From: Planctomycetaceae bacterium
Lineage (GTDB): Bacteria > Planctomycetota > UBA8742 > UBA2392 > JABWBM01
Reading direction: 5' to 3'
Assembly: GCA_013360495.1 (NCBI GenBank)
Contig: JABWBM010000029.1
Span: forward strand, 1 to 43,956
DNA length: 43,956 bases
Shown: positions 35,498 to 43,956 of the stretch, piece by piece
Layout: every line of letters starts with the position of its first letter
Numbering within the stretch: position 1 is the first letter of the stretch
Translations under genes and position numbers: made by a program
Notes under the pieces: generated by a model
Told to the model about the DNA's origin: nothing
The model's input: only the letters and a program-made list of their open reading frames with translations
The model's database searches: none

Positions 35498-35660
35498 GGG
35501 ACTGCGGATACTATGTCTGTCCGCCCCCTCGCGCCACGCTTGATCGTCGGTGCATGCGACGTGCCTCGGAGACCCGAACGACACGGAGCGCAAAACTCCC
35601 AGCGAGCGGCGCGTGCTTCGCGACCGAGAGTAATCATAAAATGCAGATTGGACTGCCAAT

Positions 35661-35723
35661 CGTCATGCCCGCGTAGGCGGGCATCCAGTCTTCTCTTTGG
35701 CTCTGATTCCCGCGGGAATGACG
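35661..35723. repeat. REP family A, paired
   Basis: cgtcatgcccgcgtaggcgggcatccag ... gattcccgcgggaatgacg. Confidence 0.7.
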
Positions 35724-36037
35724 GGCCCGAAATCCCGGTCGATCGCCCGAGCGAATTCGATGCGGCAAGCAGGCGTGAAATATTTTCCTTCGACCAACCT
35801 GTCGCGGCGTCATGTTATCATGTTCGATTTGCTATCACGGTGACAAGTTTTCGGATCGTTTTTGCTCCAAAAATCAATTTGTTCGATCGAGCATAATTTC
35901 CTTAAAAGTTTTTTCTGTGCATATCTTGATCTTCATCACAACGAAGCCATTATCCCGCCCTGTTGGGTAAACCTTGGCTATGGGGTGGGTGGTACTCCCC
36001 GAATTATTTTTGACGACTTCGCTGCAGGAGCGTTCCC

Positions 36038-39000
36038 ATGCGTTCACGTATCGCGCTGTGCCTCGTTACGTTTGTATCTATTTCACTCAATGTGCTGATC
36101 GCGCAGACGGTTGATAGCGTCCGTGATATCGACGGCGCGACGCCCGCCGGTCTTGGCGGCACATGGAATGTCGAAGGCGACGCGCGCGCGTCGTGCGTGG
36201 TGGGGGATGTGCTCTACCTCGGCGGCTGTTTCACCAAGGTGAACGGCATCGCGTGCAAGAACCTCGCGACGATCAACTTGAAGACCAAGGTCGTTTCAAG
36301 CTGGTGCTCGCATGTGGACGGTGAGGTGTATGCGCTGGCATCCGACGGCGAGAAGATTTTCGTCGGCGGAAAATTCGCGTGTTCCTTTAACACAGGCGGT
36401 GGCGACGCTGCCACCGTCGTCAAGCGCAACAATTTGATCGCTCTTAATAAGGATGGCACAGCCGACCTGCGCTGCCCGGGCGTGGGCGGCGAGGTGAAGG
36501 CGCTCACATGCGCGGGCGGCATTCTCTATGTCGGTGGAAGCTTTCGCCGCGTGGGGAACCAGCCGCGGCAAAATATCGCGTCGATGAAGTGCTCGGGCGA
36601 TGCGAGCGAGGTGATGAAGGTGACGGAGTGGGCGCCCGCCGTTGACGGCGCGGTGCATGCCATCGCCGTGGACGATGAGAGCGGCGACATCTTCATCGGC
36701 GGCGCGTTCGACGCGGTGAATGGTCAGGCGTGCGGGAAGATGGCGGGCTTTACGGCGAGCGGCGCGTGCAAAACCTGGGATCCACAGTTCGACGGCAATG
36801 TGCATGCGATCTGCTTTGGCGGCGATGGCGAGAAGCGCGCGCTCTACACCGGCGGCGAGTTCACCCATGCGCGCGGAAAAGAACGCAATCGCCTTGCGGC
36901 ATTCGTCCCGGGCGAGGAGCGGAGCGGCTGGGCATTGTCGGAATGGAATGTCGGCGCCGATGGCCCGGTGTACGCGCTCGATACATATGAAGACGGCGTC
37001 GCTATCGGCGGCGATTTCGACGAACTCGGCGGCGAGCCTGTGGAAAACGCCGGCATGGCGCAAGGCGCCTCTTATGGTTCCTCGGCTGCGACGTCGTCGC
37101 CCTTCGCGCCGACAACACTGCCGCCACCGGTTGTTCCTCCGACGGTTTCGTCGCTGGTCATCATCCCCGGCGGCACGATTATCATTGCCGGCGGGCCGAC
37201 CGTAATCGCAGTGAGGGTCATCGTATACCCCTTCGGGAAAATCCTGCGGGTTCGACTGAATTCTCCGACGGGGCCGATTCTCGTCTTTAACGCAACGCAG
37301 GATTTCGGCACGCTCAACATTGGACAGACGTCGGCGCCGAGACGTTACTACCTCGTCAACGAGTCCATCTCGAACCAGAACATCAATGTTTCGAATCTTA
37401 TCAAGAACGGTACGAACCCCGGCGATTTCATTTTGAATACAGGAACGTTCGGCACAGGCGGCGTCATTCCCTGGCAGCAGAACAGGTGGTTCGAAATCTC
37501 CTTCGCACCGACGGTCTCCGGTTTCCGAGAGGCCAATGTTCAGTTCACCCACGACGCATTCACGCCGTCATCGCCGTTCAAAATTCATCCGGTGGGGACG
37601 GGGGCTGGAACTTCGGGAAACATAGTCGTTCATGAAACCTCTCCCACAGGAACGATCGTCGTCAATGACTCTCCGCCGGCCAACGGGCGCATCATCGACA
37701 ACATTCCCGTCGGGACGTCGAGCGCCCCACTGCGCCTGTATATTGTGAATAGTGGCGCCACAACGCTTGGCGCATGGGGCTTGCAACTGTCGGGCTCAAC
37801 CCAATTTTCACTGAACTCGGGCACCTTTGGTGGAGACATTCCCCCCGGCCAGAACAAGTGGGTAGAAGTGACGTTCAGTCCGATCAATACCATAACGCAG
37901 ACGGCAACTGTACAGTTCTTCCACAGCGCGGGGAACACATCGTCGCCGTTCAAGATCAATCTTTCAGGGACGGGCATCATACCGAACCCGGGATTAGTGG
38001 TAACGAGCGATGAAACCAATCCGCCAACCGTCATTCCCTACAACGCACCCGCGACGGGCGGACGGGATTTCGGCCAGTGGGCGATCAACATGGGCTCGAC
38101 GCCCTCGGTCACTTTCACCATAACGAATGACGGCACTGGAACGACGACGGTGGGCGTGCCTGCAATCAATGGGGGCAGTGCGGAGTTTCTTATCTCAGCG
38201 CAATCGTTCCCGGCGACGCTTGCGCCAGGCCAAAGCGCATCGTTTACGATCAGATTTCATCCTTGCGACCCGACGCCGGTGCTGACCAAGTCGGTGGAGT
38301 TCACGCACAACGCCACGAATATCGCTCCTTCGCCTTTCAAATTCGCGGTGAGTGGTCAGGGTGTATCGCCAACGGGCGGGGCCGGCGGCCTTCCATCGAG
38401 CTTCTTTTCGACATTTTCAACCACGTCGGCAGGTGGGGAGCTTGGCACACACGTGATTAAAAGGGTCGGCGATATCATTTACGTCGGAGGGAATTTTGGG
38501 GGAACGAATAATCTGTTCGCCCTTGACGTTTGCGCAGGCGGACTTCCGGGTTGGACATCACCGTCGATTGACGGCCCTGTATACGATCTTGTGGTCTTTA
38601 ATGGCCGCGTCTATTTCTGCGGGAGTTTCTTATGGATCAACGGCGAACTCTCTCCGAATCTCGCGTGCGTCGACGCAAACACCGGCGCTTTCGTTCCATG
38701 GATAGATACGGGCACATTGCTGATTTTAGGCGGCGGTGCCGGCGGGACGACGATCTCCTCGTTAACAGCTTCCGGATCGTATATTTATGCTGGTGGACAA
38801 TTTCGTTGGACAATTCCTAACTCCGGAATTTTCTGGGATGGTTTGCTTAAGGTGGATGCTAATACTGGTATTCCGGATTTGAATTTTCCATCAATGCCCT
38901 CGCCATCGTTAGGAAATTGGGTTAACGCCATGACGTTAAGCCCATCCGCGACAGAGTTATTCATCACCGGACGTTTCAATATTGTTGGTACCACACCAAG

Positions 39001-42000
39001 ACAAAACCTCGCAAAAATCACGCTCTCCACCAATGCCGTCAGTACGACCTTTCCGGAAATCATGACCGGCGGCGAAGGCTTTGCGGTTTCCTATCTCAAT
39101 GGAAAAATCTACGTCGGTGGAACATTTACGGATGTCACCGGCCCTGTTGACCCGAGCGGACTCATAAAAATCGACCCCGCCACTGACACCGTCGAAAACT
39201 GGAACGCGAATCTCGGTGGAATGCAGACGGTCAAAGCGATTAGACGACAAAGCGGGATGATCTTTATTGGCGGCGATTTCGATTCCGTGGGCGGGCTGTC
39301 CCGACTCAATCTCGCAGCGGTGGACGAAATCGACGCATCGCCGGAATACTGGAATCCGGAAGCCACCGGCGGCGCGGTCAACGCGCTTGAATTCGGGAAT
39401 GCAGCGCTTTTTGGCGGTGGACACTTCACCGACATCAATCAGAATGGTCCCGGTGGTCTTGCAAGATTTCCGTTTCTTTACCCCATAGACCAGCACGTCT
39501 ACGAAGATACCGCGACAGATCCAGAGATAGTCAATGGAGCGATGCCAGCGAACGGCCGCGTCTTTGGGACTTGGAGTCTTGACGATGGCCCGACCCCAGC
39601 ACTCGCTATCGTGGTGAAGAATGAAGGGCTAGGAAAACTCGGGTTAAGTATGCCAATCATCGAATCGGGGGACGCGGCAGATTTCGTTCTCGATACGACC
39701 AGTTTCCCGCAGTTTCTTAATCCGAAATCTTCGGCGTCGTTCACGTTAGCGTTCGATCCACAGTCCGCTGGCTCCAAGCTTATCACCGTTCGTTTTGATT
39801 TCGGTGATTATAACAATCTTTCACCATTTACCTTCCAAGCGAGCGGCACCGGAGCGCTGCCGACGATTCAGGTGACCGACGCCAGTATGAATGTAGTCGT
39901 CAACGGGAGCGCCCCTGTCGGCGATCGCGATTTCGGCGATGTCAATGTCGGTTCGCCTTTCTCTCAGACCATGATCACGATTAAAAATACCGGAACCGTT
40001 CCGTTGCAGCTTGGCGATCCCCAGTTGGATGGCGGAGACACAGACGATTTCGGTATTAATCTATTCGGATTCCAGACGCCGCTTGATCCATCGGATATAG
40101 CGGTATTTTTCATGAATTTTGATCCTCAAACGGTAGGCGCGAAGCTCGTCCAAGTTACATTCACGCACAATGCTTCCAACACGACGACGCCTTTCCGCGT
40201 GCTCTTCGGCGGCAACGGTATCGGTCCCGCGGTTCCCACACTCAACACCATTGGCAACAAAACAACTTCGGAAAATACGCTGTTACAGTTCACTGCATCA
40301 GCCAACGATCCCGATTCGGGCGAGATTCTCCGCTACACAGCAGATGACGGCGCGGGCGGGCCGCTACCCGCAGGCGCCAGCATCAATGCTTACACCGGCA
40401 AATTCACCTGGACGCCCGATTTCAGCCAGGCGCAGGGCAGCCCATACACCGTGCGCGTAACCGTCACTGACTTTGGTGGCCTCTCGGATAGCGAATCGTT
40501 CACCATTTCCGTCAACAATGTGAATCAAGCACCGGTGATCAGTTCAAGCGGCAATCGTACCGTCATTGTCAATCAATTGCTGCAGTTTGACGTGACGGCG
40601 AGCGACGCCGATCCAGGCAACGCTCTCACGTTCTTTTTTAGCAACTTGCCCTCAGGCGCAAGCTTCACGCAAACCGGACCAACGTCAGCGCAGTTTTCGT
40701 GGACTCCCATCGCCGGGCAGGTTGGTGTTTACAGCTATGTCGGTTTGAGCGTTACCGATGACGATCTGTCATCGCCGCTCGATGACACCGACATCATCGC
40801 CATCACCGTCACGACGACGCCGAGCACCGTGATCGCCGCGTCAGGCTCCGGCCAGACGGCCGCAGTGGGCGAGGACTTCACCTCCCCCCTGCGCGCGCAG
40901 GTGGTGAACGTTAACTGCGATCCCGTCGCGGGCGAAACCGTGACCTTCACCGTCACCGGCGGCGCTGCCAATTTTGCGGGGGCATCGTTCACTGCAGCCA
41001 TCACCGACCTCGGCGGCTATGCGACCGCTCCAAGCCTCACCGCGGGTCCTGCGGCAGGGGCGGTCACCGTGACCGCTTCCGTCTTCGGCGGCTCCAGCGA
41101 CGACTTCAATCTCGTGAGCGGTTCGGCCACGGGCGTCGCCGCGCGCGCGACGATCACCAGCGGCCCCGTCACCGTGGGCAGTCCGGTGAGCATCGCGTTG
41201 CAGGCCGTCGACGAGGGCGGCAACGACGTCACCGACTTTATTGCTACCGTTGACGTCGTCATCTCCGGCGCGGGGAACTTCACAGACGAGGTCACGTTCA
41301 TCGCCGCCGATAACGGCTTCAAGGCGCTGACCGGCTACGTCACCTTCCTCGTCAGCGGCAATCAGGAGATCGTGGTCACGCCTCAGTTCATCGGCGGCAT
41401 CGTGACTCAAACCGTCGTCCCCGTGTCAGTTTCCGGCGCGAGCACCATCCGCATTATCGAGGGCGGTGGCGAGGACGTGGCGCGTAATTCCGTGGCCGCC
41501 ACGTTGCCGCGCTATCAGGTGATCGATGCCTATGGCAACGCGGTTGCGGGCGCATCGGTGACGGCGCAGGTGATCGCGGGCGACGCGCAGTTCGCTGAGC
41601 GCGACACAGGCGGTCTCAATTTCCTTGGCACGTCCTACACCACGGCGGCAGATAACGACGGCATCCCGGAAGCGTTCTACATCTACGCCGAGGATGGCTA
41701 TGAGCCGATCGTCGTCGAGCTTTCCTGCCCGGGAACGTCGCCCGTCGAGATGGAGTTCACGCCGGTGGACGCGTTCCCCTCGCCTTACGGCCTGCGCGAT
41801 GGCGCGACGTCGACCATCAGCAGCACGTCCTTCGCGTGGTACAACGGCGCTGCATATGACTCGATCGAAGTCCTCGACCCCGACAGCGGTAACGTGATCG
41901 ATACGCTTGGCGGCTCGGCGGAGAGCTACGTCGCGGGTGGGCTCGAACCCAACGAGCCGGTCGCCATCTTCGTGCGAGGCGTGGTGGGCGGGGTTCCGTC

Positions 42001-43956
42001 TATAGCATCCGGCGTCAATACGGCCTTCGCGCTCTGCCCGACGCCCAGCGCCGCCAATGTCGAGATCGTGCGCGTGTATGCCGACAAGGTGGAAATCCGC
42101 ATCAGCAACTTCCCCAATGCGTTCACTGGTTTTGGAACCGTGGGCGTCGAGCGCGCCTATGAGTCCGACTTTTCCGACGCCTTTGACTTCGGCTATTTCA
42201 ATTCGACGCACATTGTCGACGACCTCGTGGATCCCGCGAAGGAAGCCTATTACCGGGTGCGATTCAAGAACGGCGACGACATCGTCACCGCGACGTATAC
42301 GGCGGGTTCCGTTTCGCCCGATCCGCAACCGGCGGGGATCGTCACACCCACGGGCGAGGACATGCTGCTCTCGCCGGGCCAGCAGCTCGGCCCCATCGAC
42401 GTGCAGGTGGTGGACGAAATCGGCGAGCCGTTCCCAACGGTGACGCCGCTCACCGTGACCTTCGCGGTGGTCGAAGGCTATGGCTCCGTCATCACCGCGT
42501 CGGGTGGTCCCACGGTGGTTACGCAGACTGATATGAGTGGCCTTGCGCGCCTGCCCTTCATCACGGGCATCGCCGATGGCGAATTCGTGATCGACGCATA
42601 CACCATACTCTTTGGCAAGATCGTCAACCTGCGTTTCCACGGCCATGTAGTGAGCGGCCCAGTGAGCGTCGAGGTGATCAGCCCGGGCCCCTTCGCCATG
42701 GACGTCGGCCAAACCTTGAGCGGCATCGAACTGCAAACCTATGACAGCCAGAACACACCCCTCGGCCCGGCCCTGATCGATCTACGCCTCACGCTGCCCG
42801 GCTCGGCCTTCGACACCAACCACCCCGACGTCATCGACGACACCACGGCGCAGGTGACCGCCGACAGTTCAGGCTACGCGCAAGTTCCCGATATCATTGG
42901 GCAGACCCCAAGCGCCGGCATGCTGGTGGCGACGCTGATGCACCCGACAGAGCCGGGGCTGCCGCTCGACACGCTGCCCATTAACTACAGCGTACTATCG
43001 ACGAACATGGCTTCACCCGCCGTGACCAAGCTCGATGGCGACGGCCGCAAGGTGCCGTTTCAGGAGATCGAGGACGAATCCGGCGAGTGCGAGGGCGAGC
43101 ACGCGGGTGCTACGCGCCCCATCGAGGTGCAAGTGACCAACAGCCTCGGCCAGCCCATCGCAGGCGCGACCGTCCATTTCTACGGCTGCGACGCCGATGA
43201 GGCGCAGCCCGAGCGCAACCCCATCGTTCGCCAGCTTCCCTTCGACGCGGGCGAGGAACCCGACGAGCGCGGCAACGACCAGTCCTATCTGCTTGGCGGC
43301 TTCAAAGTCAACGGCGCAGCGTACCCGGTTGCGTATGCCAAGGCTGTCGCGCTCCCCGACGGCAAGGTCGCCGTGATCGGCGGGACGGGCAACGCGAGCA
43401 ACCCAACCGCCGACCTCAAGGGCACCGTGATCATCGACGCCATGGACTGCTTCCTGAGTGCCTATGAACTGCACGATTGCGCGAGTCTCGCCCTCGTGCC
43501 GCGCTATGGCCATCAGGCGCTCTTGCTCGACGACGAGCGCATCCTGATCATCGGCGGCATCGACTCAGCTGGCGGGCCCGCGCCGACGCTGATCTGGGAT
43601 TTCGTCGATAACATCATCACTCCCGTGCCGTCACTCAACGCCGACTGGTCCTTCGGCTCGGCGTTGGTGTATGACAGCGGCGACAAGGCGCTGCTCGTCG
43701 GCGGGCGCACGGCAGCCGGGGCGAACCTGCCATTCGCGGTTTCGATCGACATTTCCAGCGGAACATTCGGCAACGTGGTGTCGCTCACCTCGCCGAATAT
43801 CCGCCGCGAATCGTCGATTGTGTACGACGAATTCAACGACATGGCCTACGTAATCGGCTCGACCGTGGGTTCGACGGATCTGCACAACGTCGCGCGCATC
43901 AACCTCGCGGGCGGTACAACCATTTCCATCACGAACCTGCCCGGTTGGATCCCGCA
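36038..43956 (+). CDS. Giant secreted multi-domain surface protein (>2639 aa, 3' end outside the window)
   Basis: CAGGAG RBS, ATG 36038, signal peptide MRSRIALCLVTFVSISLNVLIA. No stop in the segments I translated and no closed ORF in this frame in the track. Two beta-propeller blocks (LY[LV]GG.F repeats), several DFG..N.G Ig-like (choice-of-anchor D/ASH-like) domains, He_PIG/cadherin-like (TGKFTWTP), Big-like, and Kelch-like repeats (RYGHQA...ILIIGG). Confidence 0.88.
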   Translation, partial: MRSRIALCLVTFVSISLNVLIAQTVDSVRDIDGATPAGLGGTWNVEGDARASCVVGDVLYLGGCFTKVNGIACKNLATINLKTKVVSSWCSHVDGEVYALASDGEKIFVGGKFACSFNTGGGDAATVVKRNNLIALNKDGTADLRCPGVGGEVKALTCAGGILYVGGSFRRVGNQPRQNIASMKCSGDASEVMKVTEWAPAVDGAVHAIAVDDESGDIFIGGAFDAVNGQACGKMAGFTASGACKTWDPQFDGNVHAICFGGDGEKRALYTGGEFTHARGKERNRLAAFVPGEERSGWALSEWNVGADGPVYALDTYEDGVAIGGDFDELGGEPVENAGMAQGASYGSSAATSSPFAPTTLPPPVVPPTVSSLVIIPGGTIIIAGGPTVIAVRVIVYPFGKILRVRLNSPTGPILVFNATQDFGTLNIGQTSAPRRYYLVNESISNQNINVSNLIKNGTNPGDFILNTGTFGTGGVIPWQQNRWFEISFAPTVSGFREANVQFTHDAFTPSSPFKIHPVGTGAGTSGNIVVHETSPTGTIVVNDSPPANGRIIDNIPVGTSSAPLRLYIVNSGATTLGAWGLQLSGSTQFSLNSGTFGGDIPPGQNKWVEVTFSPINTITQTATVQFFHSAGNTSSPFKINLSGTGIIPNPGLVVTSDETNPPTVIPYNAPATGGRDFGQWAINMGSTPSVTFTITNDGTGTTTVGVPAINGGSAEFLISAQSFPATLAPGQSASFTIRFHPCDPTPVLTKSVEFTHNATNIAPSPFKFAVSGQGVSPTGGAGGLPSSFFSTFSTTSAGGELGTHVIKRVGDIIYVGGNFGGTNNLFALDVCAGGLPGWTSPSIDGPVYDLVVFNGRVYFCGSFLWINGELSPNLACVDANTGAFVPWIDTGTLLILGGGAGGTTISSLTASGSYIYAGGQFRWTIPNSGIFWDGLLKVDANTGIPDLNFPSMPSPSLGNWVNAMTLSPSATELFITGRFNIVGTTPRQNLAKITLSTNAVSTTFPEIMTGGEGFAVSYLNGKIYVGGTFTDVTGPVDPSGLIKIDPATDTVENWNANLGGMQTVKAIRRQSGMIFIGGDFDSVGGLSRLNLAAVDEIDASPEYWNPEATGGAVNALEFGNAALFGGGHFTDINQNGPGGLARFPFLYPIDQHVYEDTATDPEIVNGAMPANGRVFGTWSLDDGPTPALAIVVKNEGLGKLGLSMPIIESGDAADFVLDTTSFPQFLNPKSSASFTLAFDPQSAGSKLITVRFDFGDYNNLSPFTFQASGTGALPTIQVTDASMNVVVNGSAPVGDRDFGDVNVGSPFSQTMITIKNTGTVPLQLGDPQLDGGDTDDFGINLFGFQTPLDPSDIAVFFMNFDPQTVGAKLVQVTFTHNASNTTTPFRVLFGGNGIGPAVPTLNTIGNKTTSENTLLQFTASANDPDSGEILRYTADDGAGGPLPAGASINAYTGKFTWTPDFSQAQGSPYTVRVTVTDFGGLSDSESFTISVNNVNQAPVISSSGNRTVIVNQLLQFDVTASDADPGNALTFFFSNLPSGASFTQTGPTSAQFSWTPIAGQVGVYSYVGLSVTDDDLSSPLDDTDIIAITVTTTPSTVIAASGSGQTAAVGEDFTSPLRAQVVNVNCDPVAGETVTFTVTGGAANFAGASFTAAITDLGGYATAPSLTAGPAAGAVTVTASVFGGSSDDFNLVSGSATGVAARATITSGPVTVGSPVSIALQAVDEGGNDVTDFIATVDVVISGAGNFTDEVTFIAADNGFKALTGYVTFLVSGNQEIVVTPQFIGGIVTQTVVPVSVSGASTIRIIEGGGEDVARNSVAATLPRYQVIDAYGNAVAGASVTAQVIAGDAQFAERDTGGLNFLGTSYTTAADNDGIPEAFYIYAEDGYEPIVVELSCPGTSPVEMEFTPVDAFPSPYGLRDGATSTISSTSFAWYNGAAYDSIEVLDPDSGNVIDTLGGSAESYVAGGLEPNEPVAIFVRGVVGGVPSIASGVNTAFALCPTPSAANVEIVRVYADKVEIRISNFPNAFTGFGTVGVERAYESDFSDAFDFGYFNSTHIVDDLVDPAKEAYYRVRFKNGDDIVTATYTAGSVSPDPQPAGIVTPTGEDMLLSPGQQLGPIDVQVVDEIGEPFPTVTPLTVTFAVVEGYGSVITASGGPTVVTQTDMSGLARLPFITGIADGEFVIDAYTILFGKIVNLRFHGHVVSGPVSVEVISPGPFAMDVGQTLSGIELQTYDSQNTPLGPALIDLRLTLPGSAFDTNHPDVIDDTTAQVTADSSGYAQVPDIIGQTPSAGMLVATLMHPTEPGLPLDTLPINYSVLSTNMASPAVTKLDGDGRKVPFQEIEDESGECEGEHAGATRPIEVQVTNSLGQPIAGATVHFYGCDADEAQPERNPIVRQLPFDAGEEPDERGNDQSYLLGGFKVNGAAYPVAYAKAVALPDGKVAVIGGTGNASNPTADLKGTVIIDAMDCFLSAYELHDCASLALVPRYGHQALLLDDERILIIGGIDSAGGPAPTLIWDFVDNIITPVPSLNADWSFGSALVYDSGDKALLVGGRTAAGANLPFAVSIDISSGTFGNVVSLTSPNIRRESSIVYDEFNDMAYVIGSTVGSTDLHNVARINLAGGTTISITNLPGWIP

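Noticed and set aside
36296-43885. Many minus-strand ORFs (e.g. 36296-37552, 41426-42736)
   Set aside because: Antisense shadows of the giant plus-strand gene.
1-43956. Genome-wide reassignment of TGA (genetic code 4 or 25) as the explanation for in-frame TGAs
   Set aside because: TGA is the natural stop of clear genes (ehuC, ehuB, ectB, ectA, FHA gene), often in ATGA overlaps, and Trp is encoded by TGG in conserved motifs. Any recoding must be site-specific.

Overview
GC-rich bacterial chromosomal window. The gene style suggests a Planctomycetota-like organism, but that is inference only. From left to right it holds: (i) an ectoine/hydroxyectoine synthesis and uptake cluster, ectR / ectABCD-ehuBCDA, with ehuA cut by the window edge; (ii) tRNA-Pro(GGG) followed by a small island of DNA-binding proteins with tandem excisionase-like HTH domains; (iii) a three-gene metal-handling module at 9751-11813; (iv) housekeeping and accessory genes (orphan nuoA, GAF/PAS histidine kinase, degenerate BshC-like protein, LysM protein, NFACT-R protein); (v) an operon of FHA protein, PilM/N fusion, PilO-like, hypothetical, TPR, GspG-like pilin and PQQ sugar dehydrogenase; (vi) AAA_14/DUF4143 ATPase, DEDDh exonuclease, lipoprotein, OmpA/MotB-like lipoprotein and a protoglobin-like protein; (vii) a >2600-aa secreted multi-domain surface protein, missing from the ORF track, that runs off the right end. 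Two REP/REPIN families are scattered through the intergenic regions. The main discovery is invisible in the ORF track: a lipoprotein at 11424-11813 with a heavy-metal-associated (HMA) domain whose CxxC motif is encoded as TGA-x-x-TGA (UxxU), followed by two SECIS-like hairpins. It lies downstream of a Met-rich outer-membrane barrel gene whose signal peptide is itself interrupted by an in-frame TGA, and of a Cys/His-rich putative leader ORF. A second, unlinked candidate selenoprotein (CxCU motif plus SECIS-like hairpin) lies at 30659-31111.
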